Part shown: positions 12,541-26,739 of the stretch, in pieces
Position numbering within the stretch: position 1 is the first letter of the stretch
Layout: each line of letters opens with the position of its first letter
Source of the DNA: Kudoa neothunni
Taxonomy: Eukaryota > Animalia > Cnidaria
Length of the DNA stretch: 64,000 nt
Direction of reading: 5' to 3'
NCBI GenBank assembly: GCA_964304625.1
Contig: OZ199838.1
Location: 2,904,471-2,968,470 of the forward strand
Notes under the pieces: model-generated
Seen by the model: only the letters and a program-made list of their open reading frames with translations
Databases searched by the model: none
Told to the model about the DNA's origin: nothing
Position numbers and translations under genes: made by a program

Positions 12541-14898
12541 ATGACCTTTCCACTGAGAATTCGACTTCTTTCATGTTCTCTATTGGTGAGATTAATTACC
12601 CGTCTATTGAATAATAATAACTTATAAATATTTCATATAACTTGGTTTGTACTTTTAGCAACATCGGTCTAATAGTTTCAATTCTTTCTATTCAAATAAA
12701 AGGAATCTTTCGATTCATGAATATCAAAGTTTTGGTCTACTGAAGGAGTTTAATATTAATGTGCCGCGAGGGAAAGTTTGTTTCAGTAAAGAAGAAGTGG
12801 ACAATTATGCTAACAGCCTTGGTAATGCTATATTTTTAACATCAACAATAATCACTGTTGGAACAGTTCATAATGGTGTGAAAGATATGGTTGTGAAAGC
12901 TCAAGTGTTGACAGGTGGCAGAGGTAGGGGTCACTTTAACAACGGTTATCAATCTGGAGTTCATATCACTCACTCGTAACCTATTGTTTGAATAGTCACA
13001 AAAATAAATTTCATTTGATAGAGTGGATAATGCAAGCGAAGTGGCTGCACAAATGATTGGACATAATTTAATCACCAAGCAAACCACCGCGAAAGGAATT
13101 CCTTGCAACAAGGTGAGTTGGAGTTGGTTGATTGTTGTGTTTAATTGACTCTCCCAATAGGTGTTTGTATGTGAGAGGTTATATTCAAGAAGAGAGTTTT
13201 ATGTGGCAATTATGTTGGATCGTGTTTTTGCTGTAATCCAACCTAAATTGAACTAGATTGAGTATTGTAACACGATGACATTTTAGGGGCCCGTTCTTAT
13301 CGGAAGCTCACATGGAGGTATGAATATTGAAGATGTGGCGAAAAACGATCCTTCAGCCATCCACCAACAACCCCCTCAATGTGTTTAAAGGTATATCACA
13401 AATATATGATTTGTGATGGTGTGGATTGAGTTTTTCTATTCTGATAATAACAAACAAATTGTTAGGTTTGAGTAAAGAGGAAGCGCGAGATTTTTTAAAA
13501 AAACTTTCTTTCACCGACGACTGCTTGGATGAGGGTGTGGATCAACTGCTTAAATTATATAGATTATTCGTCGAAAAAGATTGCACAATGGTGGAAATAA
13601 ACCCCTTCTGTGAGACCAGCGATGGAGGAGGTTTTTGTACGCGTTTGTTATCATTTAGAACATTTGTTTAGTTTATTGCCTTGACTGTAAACTTCAATTT
13701 GATCCTAACGCTTTGTTTCGACATCCCGATCTACTGCAATACACTGACAACACTCAGATTGATCCTCGTGAGGTTGATGCCACCAAAAACAACCTCAACT
13801 ATGTGGGTTTGGATGGCAATATAGGTTGTCTTGGTAATTTTTCAAAATTTTTCCTTTTTTTAAGTCAATTTACAATCTTAGTGAATGGTGCTGGTCTTGC
13901 CATGTCCACTATGGATATAATTCATTTGAACGGGGGTAGCCCGGCTAATTTTTTAGACGTTGGTGGAGGTGCAACTGTGAAACAGGTGTTCGAGGCTTTT
14001 AGAATCATCACAGGAGATCCCAACGTATTTCCTAGATAGCGCCAATAGGGAAAAGTTATAGATTTTTATTCGGTTGTTGTTTTTAGGTTAGAGCTATTTT
14101 GGTTAATATATTTGGTGGTATTATGAGGTGTGATGTGATTGCGGAAGGCATTATTGAAGCAGCTAAGAATCTCTCTATAAAAGTTCCTATTGTTGTACGC
14201 CTTCAAGGTTGATTTAAATTTTTTACGTTGTTAAAATTTGAAGTTTATTCATTAAAATAAACAAAAGTTTTTATTATATGGATAAAGCTCATTTGAATGG
14301 ATTTTTAGGAACAAAAATGGATGAGGCTAAAGCTCTGATTGGCAATTCGGGGTTACGCATAATGTCAGTAGATGATCTCGATAGTGCTTCAAAATTGGTA
14401 GTTTTTAATTTACTTTAAATGAAAAATAAATGAGAACACGTGACATTTAACTATTTCTAAAAGGATGCTCATGCTTAATAATTTTGTACTGCCTTTGTTT
14501 TTGAATTTTCTATTTATCCAATATTCTAATAGTATTTGCATAATATTAAAAATGCCGCAAATTTGTTAGATTTTATTCATATTCTATTGTTACCATGGTA
14601 ATAAAATAAATTAAGCTTAAATTTGAATACCTTAATTACATTACATTACGTTATATTATATATTGTATTGTATTGTATTATATATATTATATATTATAGA
14701 ATAAGTAATATAATATAATTAACAAATGAATTTGAACTGACACATGCATGTGCACATTTAATTATTCTTTGATGCAATATCTTCATTTAATTTCAAAATG
14801 GCCGTCATAACGTATTTTATTAGGTTTGCAAGTTGGCTCATATTGTCGAAATAGCAAAGGAAGCAAAGTTGAACATTAATTTTGAATTGCCTATTTGA
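12541..14898 (+). CDS. SUCLA2: Succinyl-CoA ligase ADP-forming beta subunit, mitochondrial, multi-exon
   Basis: Presequence ending [10 protein letters not shown]; [13 protein letters not shown]; GGMNIEDVA; VEINP; [14 protein letters not shown]; [10 protein letters not shown]; [10 protein letters not shown]; SUCLA2-type C-terminus [22 protein letters not shown]. Confidence 0.93.
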
Positions 14899-14952
14899 AT
14901 GTTGTCGTCATTTTGATTTTTGTCCGTTGATGCGCGCGCTTGCCACTTATTC

Positions 14953-15863
14953 ATGAAAGATAGAGCTAGACGTAAAAATGCAGGGCGCAATATGAAAGCG
15001 CTTTTAGCGAGAGATATCGGAGATGCAGCTGATGATGACTTTTACAAAAATATATATGGTGGTTTTGATGAAAAGAGCGATGATAAGGAGTTCAAATCTG
15101 CTGACGAATCATCTACCGATCATTTCGACTCAGACTTTGATCGGAGTGAGTCTGATATCGATGAAGCTAAGGTAATAGAGGAAGAAAAAGAGTCTAGAAA
15201 GCCAATTAAAAAACCAAAGAAACAACAAAAATCCTCAACTTATGGTTATCCTTATACCTCCAAGTCAAACAACACCAACAAAAAGGTATTTAGATTTTTG
15301 ATGAATTTTTTTATTTGATTCAATTTTAGGAAATAGATCTGGAAAGTTTCAACTCTGATTTGGCTCAAATTACATCATCTTCAAACAAAAAATCCAAAAA
15401 ACAATCAAAACCACCTATTCGAACTATGACTCAAGAGCAACTACTAAGAGAAGCGAAAAAAACTGAAAAGCTTAATTTGGAATCACTTCAAAATGCGGTT
15501 AGCATTGATCTCTCCAACAAATCCAATAAACCTAAAAGAATTCTCCACTCTAGAGTTGTACAGATAAAATCTCCTGCGGTGCGTTATTGCTCAAAAATTG
15601 TGATGGATGAGGATGGTCCCTGCAATAATCTTCGATCAAGAACTTCAAACACACTCAGCTTCCAAAACTCTAATTCTGTCAATGGTTCTGTAAAAAGTCA
15701 TTCTGACAGTTATTTTAAACAACAAATGCCAACTACTCGACATCAAATTTGCGAAATTTCCTCCAAAAAAGCTAGATATCGTGATCCTGTCACCGGATCG
15801 TATTTTCACGACGCCAGCTGTTTTAGAAAACTTCGTACTCTTTGGGCACGAGTCGATAATTAA
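14953..15863 (+). CDS. VPS72: VPS72/YL1 H2A.Z chaperone; 2 exons, intron 15286-15329
   Basis: RARRKNAGRNM..LL; YGGFDEKSDDKEF; DHFDSDFD; MTQEQLLREAKKTEKLNLESL; YL1_C motif CEISSKKARYRDPVTGSYF. Confidence 0.93.
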
Positions 15864-16199
15864 TTATTGATTTGATTTGTTCGAAATGAAATTTATTTTG
15901 TATTGAAATGGTTTGCTTAATTTCCATATGTTCACCACCCCCGCATATTAGCATTCGCTTAGGCACCGATAGGAGGACATGGTTAATTAGTTTTGTCAAT
16001 TTCGATTGGTATTGTTGCATATTATAAGAATAAGTATGAAACATTAAAAAATATTTTGTTACGATGACCTAGAAGGGTTATGAATGTCTGCTATAAGAAT
16101 ATGGACATTTTTAGTGTGAGTAATCCCCCACTTTATACATACAAACGAACAGTATGTCAAAACTTCGGAATAATTTAAATGAAAAATGGTAAAATTTCA

Positions 16200-17867
16200 T
16201 CTTTAAACTCCCAGACTCTTATTAATACCATTCCAAGACTACTAAGCCATCGTACATTTATGTGGTACAAAACATCAGTGAAATCTGACTCCACTTCTTC
16301 AAAAAAATTCTGGAACTCTCGGTGATTCAGCCCCATTCGACCTTATCATATTTACTGCATTTGTGACAGGAACAATGACATTCCTGATGTCCAGTTTAAA
16401 TTTGAAAAGACTTTCTTGGTGATTTATACAGTGGAACGAAAGTAATTCGTGCTTTGGAAAGATTTATTGGATCCTGTCCCACGTTAGTTTGACAAGCCCG
16501 CGATGAGTTCCAATTAATGCAGGTGCTCCGTCAGTTGTAATACTCACGATTTTATCAACACAACTGTGATCTCTCCATGCAATTCATCACACTCTCATAG
16601 AAGTCCAGTCCAGTTGTAGTGTCTCTGAGGCTTTCTATCAAAAAGAGCTCTTCTGTAATTAGAAAATTTTTATCGATACCAAGAATAAAAATGAGCAACT
16701 GTGCAGTATCATTCAAGTCTGTGCTCTCATCTAACGCTATCGAGAACCATTTGAAAGAAGATGCAATATTCAATAGCTTTTCTTTTAGGTTAGTAACGAT
16801 CACATCAACTCTACGAACAAAGGTTCTCCTTGACAATGAAATAACTTCAATGTTGGTTTCACTTCTGGGCAAACTATGTTCCCGACATCTATCATACAAG
16901 ACTTAATAAATTCCGCGCTAGAAAATGGTTTGTTATGTTTTACGATCTATGTGCCAATACGAAACTTGCCTTTGTTACATCCGCATTTATAGATTCTGAC
17001 TTTAAAAACGCATCTTGTTGTTTTAATTTATTCTCCATGTCCACTATCTTCCTTCTGTGTTCAATTACTATAAGGTTTTTTACCGAAATTTTGGTGATGA
17101 GATTGGAAGTGACTTTTCAAGTTATACTACTTGAATACCGCACAAGTATCATGATAAATCAAACATGTGACTTTGGTCCTAACATCAACAAAAAAATACT
17201 TTTCTGTCCAATCAGTGTTAAAAACACGGCATTCATAATCAATCTTTCGTTTTGACACGCTTATTATGGTTAAACTGGATTTCGATGTATTTTTAGTCCT
17301 GATTATAGAATTTGTAGGCTCAGTGGTCATTACAGTCTATTAAATGTATTTTACATATTATTATAAACGTACTCTGTTCAAAATTCGATTTTTTTTGTGA
17401 TGGTGAGTCTCCTTCTTTAATTCTTTAAAGGTTTCTTATGGGTTATGAAGCTGAGTTTCGGCTTAGCGGAGCTTAATTGTTAACAGTAATGATTTTTGAA
17501 CCTACTTTATATTTATTAACCTGTGATCAAGTTTAAAAGTTCTCTTTCGGTAAACTTTTTACCTTAAATTATGTTTCGATTGCAAACATTACATTGAATT
17601 TAAAAAGCGCTTCACAGGTCATTGAACGGTCATTATCGCGTTTTAGTGGAGAATCACACTCATGTTAAAATATACGTCTATGTTTTATTTATCATAGACG
17701 TATTAAAATAAATTAATACGGATGCATGTTGTATATACCTTCATTAACATTAGTCTCGCACTTAAATAATATCCTAGTTGTATTGTTTAATAATCAAATC
17801 AGAAATTCGCATATTTCTTCATTCAACTTGATCAAATTATACTCGGGCCGTAACGTGCCCATTCCTG
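16200..17867 (-). mobile_element. hAT (Buster/GTF2IRD2-like) transposon remnant, 3'-truncated
   Basis: KRKIDYECRVFNTDWTEKYFF, CLIYHDTCAVFK*YNL, FSIALDESTDLNDTAQL, ITTDGAPAL, FHCINHQESL. 5' TIR CAGGAATGGGCACGTTACGGCCC at 17867. Confidence 0.88.
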
Positions 17868-20800
17868 TTATAAACGGTTGTTGTTCAAGCATGTAGAATA
17901 TTGAAACTTACTACATCCTCATAGCATTTTTTTCATTCTTATTTTATCCTAATTAAAGCTGTATTATTATTTTTAGTGTTATGAATTTTTATTGTCAAAA
18001 CGCTACATTATTAAAGGCAATTATTGAGCGTTATTTGATAAATTGTCTCCAAAACTGTGCTTAAAGTGTGATTATTAATTGGAGCATTTGTAATTAACTA
18101 AAATAACAGTTACTACAAAATTTAATAATTGTTAGTAATCTTTAGAAATAAAATTAATTTTGACGGATTATTATTACGGAGAAATTAACCATGTTATGCA
18201 TACAAGTTTATATTAGTTTTTTGCTATTAATAAATTCCTTTTTTCTACCAATTCGTTATTTTTACCGGAAAAAAGAAAGATAATATATTGAGTTAAGGGT
18301 TTAATTAGATTAACCAAGACCTACAATAATAATAATAATAATCTAACGTTTCTTTAACTCATATTTAAGTACAACTTCGGAATTAAATACACATTTTATT
18401 TTTTAAGTTTTAAAACAAGTATTTTTGTGAATATAGTATTAATTTAATTATTATATTCTAATGATATCGAATATTCATAGTTTCGTGTAACAAACAGAAC
18501 TCAGACTAAATGCTCTTAATTTATTGTTACTTGAAGGTTTTTTGTAAAATCATATTTTTAAATTCATTATTGAAATAGAAATCAATATATTTTTGATGCA
18601 AATACAAAGTATGATTAATTTTTCCATCAGGACAATATCAATATAGGTGTTTTCTCACCTGTTTATTTTCGATGATGCAATGACAGCAAATTTTGTTTAT
18701 TGAAAAATTTATATTGACAAAGTGATAGAAAACTAGGAATCCGGACGTTGTATAACAAATGATCTTTTAAAGTTGAGTAATACCACAAATACTCACTGTA
18801 CCCTTTTTATGTTTGATATTTGTTTTATATAATTTCAACGAATTATATTAACATTGATATCGTTTTAAAAATAATGTTTTTAAATGATAAATGGTATACA
18901 GTGCTAGATTGTTACTGAACTAGGGATAATTGTGAAGTTATTTATAACCAATCTTGAGGGTATAAATCCTCCATGGATTGCGGTTTTCAGCCATTGGGAC
19001 AATAAAAACATTTCCTACAAAAAGAAAACCAACTGCTCGTTTTATAGCTGACACAAAAAACACCATCTAATAAGTGTGCCGTGTGCATTCGCATTCGCAA
19101 TCGGAATCGGAATAATGAAAATCACAATCTTAGGAGAAGATAAATATTATGTTCTTGTGATCATTCATGGGAAACTTTTTAGAAGTTATCAAAATTATTA
19201 TCCATCTCCGAAATTTCATTTCTGAAGATTATTTTAATTATTAAGCATTCTTAGGAACTATTAAATTAGTTGTTTATACATTTACCAGTTAATAATTACT
19301 TCCTAGGGTCAAACTTAGGGCACAATTTATCAAATAACACTCAGTAATTGTCTCAAACGATAGAGCGTTTCGAATGGAAAGATATATAATACTTAAAATA
19401 GTCATTCTGCTTTAATCAAACGAAAATTTATATGACAAAGTGTTATGAGTATGGAGGAACTTTTAATATTCTATACTTCAGAACAACAACCATTGATAAT
19501 GATTTACTGTTAATTTTTTAATGATGATAATATCATATAAAAATAAAATAAATGGCTCGATGCATGATTTGTATTCATATTCCTTCATAGTGAAATGTAC
19601 AAACCGATGTTTAACATGAAGACTATGTTATTGATTTCAACATCATATTTGCGATTAGAAGAAAAATTTATTTTTATAATTTTGGGGAAACTTTTATGCG
19701 CACCAGAATGGAAAGCGCATATAAGGTTTTTTAGAACTATCTCTGACTAAAATAGTCATAAAAACGCTTAAAAGGGGAGCCACACGCCCCACAGTTACCA
19801 CTAAATTATGTGGTGGTTTTGCTGTAAATCTTAGTTGATATTGAAAAACAGAGGAGGTTTACCGTATTTAGAGATTGATATTTAATAAACTATAATTTTA
19901 AAATCCGAACAAATTGGAAACAAATGAATAATATTTATAAATAGATTGACAATTGTTGTACATACAAATATGCGTCCACGTGTTGGATGAACTTAAGAAC
20001 CGAGTTCCTCGTGTGATTGTGCGCACGCAGTTAATACTCATTGCGTTGGTTGGGGGTCATTGTGCATTTAGCAATGACATTGACGTTGTGATGATACTAA
20101 GGTAGGGACAATCGATGCATTGTGAGATATTACCTTAACTGATTTGTTCAAAACCATAAGTTTTAATGCTTGGAATAATTGAGCTATCGTATGATGACAA
20201 CTTTGGACACCTCTGAGAATCAATGATTAATTCTTACGTTGCAATCCGCTGAGAAATGCTCAACATTTACAAGCTTTTTACATTATTGTCGTATTAGACC
20301 AGTTTATTTCATTACAAATCCATCAATTAATGATTTACTGTGCTTTCGTTGTGTTGGGCCAAGTTCCGTATCACGATATCATGATATGGTACGAAGCGTG
20401 GATACAGTATTTTCTAAAGTAGTTTTCTCCCTGGATTATTTGAGTTGGGCCTCCGCAAATATCGAGACTGACTGAATATTGAACAGTTAACATTGTGTGT
20501 ACATGGAGGTTGGAATTATGGAGATTTTCTATCAACCTCAAGTTTAAACTGTTCGGTTTGGTTTACATTGTTAACCCGCTGAAAAATTGAGTAAAGCAAA
20601 GCGTTGGATCTTGCCGGCTATTTTTATGTTTGCTATGTGTATAATAAGCGTGGGTCTGTTTTTCCTACAATTTCCTTTAAATAGTACCATTTAGTTGGTT
20701 GGATGAATTGCTGTACAAATTAAGTATGAAGTTGAAAATATGGTTCTTTATTATCAAGTTCAGATGACGAGGATTTTAAGAAATATATCTAAGTAAAACC

Positions 20801-23747
20801 ATGAGGTAATAATCTTTTAATTGTGCGATGGCCACGATAAAAGTTTGATTACGGTTTAAAAAACGACGTATTTTTTCGATAATAAATGAATTTTTATTTT
20901 AATTTCTATTAATTTTGTTAAGAAGGACTAGATTTTATAATTAGAATGTATTCATTTAAAATTTTTAAACTATAGATAAATCAGGTATCCTTAAAGCTTG
21001 TTTATAATTTATTGGGGAATTTTGTGTGTTAATCTGAGTATGTGTGTGTAAATAAATCAAACAAGAGGATTTTATCTCCTATCTTTAACGATAGTTAGTA
21101 AAAACAAATATAAAAAACCTATGAACGGAGGATAATTATTTTTGCTACATAGTCGATGAGAATGTAATAAACTTTTTAAATATTATTGAAAGCTAACCCC
21201 TTCTTACATAAATGTTTATTGTATCGGAATATTATGGTAATCCAACTTTATTGGAAAGTATAAAACTCCTGAATTGACTCTATATCGTATTAACAGTGAG
21301 AATTCACTTTAAAAGATCTAGCGAAAAATAAGCATATAAAAATCTTCAAAATTAATTTCAATGATAGACGATCTCTGGTATTGACACTCTTTGATTCAAA
21401 TTGTCCCAAAGAACATAATGGCTTTTGAAAGAATTCAGCCCTAATGAGATGATATTTTAAGACACGTACATTAATAGATTTCATATATATTTGCTTCTTT
21501 TAAACAATTAAATGTGATCATCTTAAATCGGTAATTTGTCGGGAAAATAGAATAAAAAATTCAAATAATAAGAATTAATGGAATCATTAAGGTTATTGAA
21601 GTGTCAAACCCTGTCAATGTCTCAAATAAAATTTGATTACAGTAACGTTTCGATATTACGCAACTTGTAAGGACCAAAGGAAATTTGCGTAGTCATATAA
21701 CTCACTTTTCCAATAAATTATTTTAATATAGATTATCTAGTTTGTTTTTAAAATTATTATCATCTTAGTCTACTACAGAGTATGAAAGAAACTACAATAG
21801 GTGACGGCTCGTGAGAACCTTCCATGATTTAATGACTTACACAATACTGTTACTAATTAAAATCAATCAAATAAAAGCATAACAATTATAATGAATTATT
21901 CAAACCTTAGTTTTTGTTTTAATTAGCCATGGTTTTTTAGATAGTCATTTAAACGAATTTTCCGCGTAATAAACTATATTTATTAATGATTAATTAACGT
22001 TGGGTTTTACTTATTGGAATTAAGCCCTAGGGACTTAGTAACAATTAATAAAAAACAAAAATATCTCATACCTCACTTTTAGATAGAATTTAATTCTTTT
22101 ACGCTAAAAGGGACACTTAAACTTGTAAATTAAGTTATGCACTTTCCATTTAGTTAGTTAAACTTCTTCGCAATCAGAGCGATTGGTTAGTTTCAAAAAT
22201 CAGATAATTATTATTAGCTCCTCTAAACCCCGTTGAGATTTAGCTTTAGTAAATTTTGAAAAAGTAAAATATAAGGATTATGGCATTAAAAATCAAAAAA
22301 TCGGTTATGTATTAGCGAGTCCCAATATAATTACCTATTTTTACGAATTCAGAGCATTAAGATTTTATGAAAACACAAAGAATAGATTCTTTTGGAAAAT
22401 TAACCACAAACGAAACACTTTAAATATATGAATTTAGCAAATAACGAAAGATAAAAATTGAATCACGCAATTTTGAGACCTAATTGTATCAAAAATTAAA
22501 CGTGTCCAAAAGTATTTAATTTATGATATTAAATTTCAATTAAAGATTCAAATTTATTACAAATAAATTAAATAAAAATTAAGGAATTAGTCCCCTAACG
22601 TTTCGGTAATTTTAACCACAAAGGGATTAGGCATAACTTTTCCTTATATTTTTGCGACTAATATTATCAATCATTTAATTTTTGAAAATACCATTTATTA
22701 ATAAGAAAAACTAAGTAATTTTAATTATAGTTTAACTTATAGAATGGGAAAATAAATATTAAGATTTAAAACATCCACTGTTAAGTGCCGCATAGCATAA
22801 AGACGGAATATATTTGAAAATGCCCCGGCTTTCGTTAGAAATAATTTCATCAAGTTTACTAGAATGGAAGTTACCATAATTTATTTCGGTTTGAAATAAG
22901 TTGAATGACTCATAAAAAATTATTGAGTTAGAGTATTTAAAAAAAAATAAAAGTTGACGTTACAAAAATTAAACTTCTATATTTGCTTGTATGTATATGA
23001 ATTTTTTTAAAATTTGTTTATTTAAGCGAATAATTATTAAAATAAATCTAAAATGATAACATGGCAAACGAATATAATGATTTAGGAGGTGATTAATCGG
23101 ATCAATGATTCTAGCGGCCTATTAATAGATTAATAATGATATTCCCGCTAAATTTAATAAATTTTTCTTAAATTCAAAATTAAAAAATTTAAACAGTTAT
23201 ATCACCTTTAATAAATAATTAATTTTTAAACAATTTATTATATAAAAATAAATGGTTTCATATTTAATATAGTTAAGGCCATTGGACGTATAATTAATTG
23301 GAATTAATTGAGTATAAATTATTAAATTAAATATATTTAATGGCGATTACAATATTTCAATTTTTCTTTTCATCGATAACTTATAAAAATAATAGGTTTA
23401 ATTAAACAAAAATAACCAGGTCAAACCCCATTTACGTGCTCATTAGGAGTAATCTGTAAAAATTGGATCCGTATAATTTGAACGATTATAAACTAAAACT
23501 GAATTTAGGTGAAACGAAATTAATGAGATTCATGGTTTAAATTGTTAAATCGATTTATTAATAAAAGCAAATAAATATTGGGGATTAAAAGAAACTAAAA
23601 TTGCATTTCAATTATAATAATTATAAGTAGAAAATAAATTAGAATTAATTGGCGTGTGTCATAATAAAGTGAGTTATATATTGTCAAATTCAATAAATAA
23701 TGACATCATATAATATTGGAGAGATAGTTCAATAGTTATAAGTTTAG

Positions 23748-26739
23748 ATGTTAGCGATTATATTATTGTTCAATAATATAGTCTTTGCTATCGGTAATGT
23801 TACATGAACTTGCTTCTAAATATATAGATTTTAAAAATTTAGAGACGACGAATCTAGTTACAACTAAACAACAACAACAACAATGTATGGAATGCATAAA
23901 ACAATCTGATGGTCGTTGGTGTATCCAAGGAGTATACCGTTATTGCTCACAAAAATATCTATCTATAGCATTAACGAATGTAGTGGAATCCATCGAAAGA
24001 ACAATGTGTGTCTGTAGATGATCAATGTGAATCCTATATTGAAAGTGGATTAAATCATGTAGTATGAAAATCATTGAATTTCCGTATGATTGAGTAAAAT
24101 TTTAAAAGGATGAAGTAGGAAAGTTAATACGTGTTGATGAGCCCGGACCACACAAATGGATTTTACCTCGTAGATGCTAGCACGAAATCTATAATCTAAC
24201 ACATTGATATTTGTGTTATTAGGTTTTCATAAAAACTACCAAGGCGATTTATTTCTTCGGAATGAAAATATGGATGGGCCTTATTTCTATTTTATAATTG
24301 ACAATAACATTTTTGGTACCATTTTCGGAAACAGAGCTCGAGAGATGAGTAAAGTAAATTGTTTTTATTGATTTTCAACATGCTTTTAGTTGAAGAATTC
24401 GTTTCAGGTGAAACTAATAATCTGATTGCCATGGGTATCCTATACAATCGAATTATCTCCACAGAATCGTATTTTTTCGAAATTAGCTTTTGACCGATAT
24501 GATATCTTTAGAAGTTTTATCGATTTTCGGCATGTTTTGACATTTACACGACACAAAGAATCAATAGTATGTTTTTAATGTAGATACCCTAAGCATTATT
24601 GGTATTTAAGTTATCTGTCTTCGACGAACATAACACAGAAAAAAGAAAGCAACAGCACCAAAATCATCAGGATCGCATTAGAATTAATACCAACAAAAAT
24701 GTCGCTATTGAGACCATCCTTCAAATTGGGCTATGCCATAACTCGGTTATAAATTATTCTACGCCATTATTTTTGATTTCTTAAACATAGATTGGGTGGC
24801 GAAATTATTTTTCAGGCAGTAAATTTATATTGGTTGTTACTAACACGTTACCATTTGGACAATACAGTCCAGTAATTTCGCATCTATTAATGTTTGTTTT
24901 TATAATTCTTTTATTTGAAGTTACATATGTTATCATTTGGAGACGAGTTAAAATGCAAAATAGAAACCAATGGAATTTACAACAATAGCGTGAGTGTTTA
25001 TAAATTCAAATATTTATTTATAAAAATAAATCCAGAGGATTATTCGCAAAAATATATTTTTCCCATTGATTACAAAAAAAATTAATGATATTTTCGTTAT
25101 AACATCAAATGAGGATGTTGAGAACTTTTACAATGTATTTTTATATTCATTGTCAGTGTAATTAAAACAATAATATTTATTATTATACCACAAAGGACTT
25201 CTTTCTTTCCAGTGGAGAGGATATTGGACATGTGGTAGTATTTTATGACTGGATGGATCATAGTTTTTATCATGAGCTCTCTGAAAACATAATAGTAATA
25301 TGGAGATAACGATAATTTGAATATAAATCATATTTGATTAGACGAGAAAAACCACGTTTCGACTAATTAAACCACAAGGAGATAACTACACTTCTATCAG
25401 CGTAACAAAAATTAACAGGCATACTTAATTTGATTTACAATCAAATTATTAATTTATTTGTAAAAAGCTACTCCGATGTTAATCATAAGTTCAGAGTAAC
25501 TCAAGATGTTACTGTTAGTGTGCGGGTTCAGGTAATAAAGTGTGTTCAAGGAAATCCAACTAGAACGTGATTATTTCCAATTTAATGTAGAAATTACTTT
25601 TGATTTTAGTTACGGAATTACATTGGCTGGTTTTGGAGCTGTAGAGGTTGTACTCGATAAGTACGATTGTGCGTGTGATTGTGAGAGTGAGAGCGATCCA
25701 TCATATGTAAATATTATCATCAATATGATAGTTTATGTCGAAATTTTTTTTGGAACAATTATAGATTGTTAACAGCGCTTCTTGTTCATTTAAAGGGAAC
25801 CATGTGTGTGAGCATTGTCGTTGTGTCACTGTTGTGTAAATTTAAATTTTATTTAAATGATAACACAGATATAGTTCGGGTGAGAAATGCAACACAGTTC
25901 AAGATGGATCCGGCCTAAAAAATAAAAACCATTTCAGTGAAGAATGCGTGAAGACAGTGATGTCTCAATTCTATGGAATCACTACCGTCGAGGAAAAATA
26001 TATGCGCATGCAAAAATACTGTTTTATAAATTTCTGTCATATTAATTTCTTTTTAAATGACCAAATTTGTGATTATCGGAAGCATTTTTATGAGAAGCTT
26101 CAAGAGAGTTGTATAGACCAAACAACTACACAAGTTCGAACGAACACGTTGTCTTACATTTAATAAAGTTAGGTTTGCAATAATAAAGGAAGTTGTTACC
26201 AAGGGGTTTGCGAATGCTCATTTGGTTTTGCTGGGAATTATTGTGAGACACATGTATTATTGTGCATGATACCTGTATTATACGTAACAATTTTTTCTCA
26301 TACTTTCTAGATAAAATCGTATAACTGCGACATTATTAATGTGTGTGTGAAGCATAAACTAGAAATATTAAATTATTCAAAAGATGATATGCAAACACAA
26401 TTCTTTGATGAATATTGCCACAAATTTTTCTTAACCTATAATAGTGAACTTGTGAAACCAGAAACATTTTGCATCTTTGACGCATACCCCTGTGTCTTTA
26501 TGTACGGGATCTCCAACCACGGAGTTAAATATTACATTTTGTTGGATAGAATATATTGGAAAGGTAATGTTTCGATGGTTTCAATATGTCACGGAATCGA
26601 TATAGTTTGTTTGGACGATCATCGAGCAGTTATTTTATGTGTTTTCGCCATTGGATCGCTATTGGTTTGTTTGGTTATCAGTCTCCTTTATCTAATACGA
26701 TCGGGATTCTACAATAAATTTTCTTTTATTAAATCTTAA
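23748..26739 (+). CDS. Divergent integrin beta subunit, many small exons
   Basis: Signal MLAIILLFNNIVFA; PSI CMECIK..GRWC; betaI motifs FRHVLTFT and ILQIGLCHNSIGWRN; hybrid-EGF junction LAGFGAVEVVLDKYDCACDC; I-EGF CNNKGSCYQGVCECSFGFAGNYCE; TM helix; 13-aa tail. Confidence 0.85.

Noticed and set aside
15920-16140. Hairpins after VPS72 as possible H/ACA RNAs
   Set aside because: No correctly placed H and ACA boxes identified.
18640-19220. Cys-spaced fragments resembling an integrin beta-tail/TM paralogue
   Set aside because: Similarity too weak, with multiple stops.
19960-20700. Possible non-LTR retroelement remnant on the minus strand (H-IL-GCPKL-like)
   Set aside because: Needs several frameshifts and no RT motif was seen.
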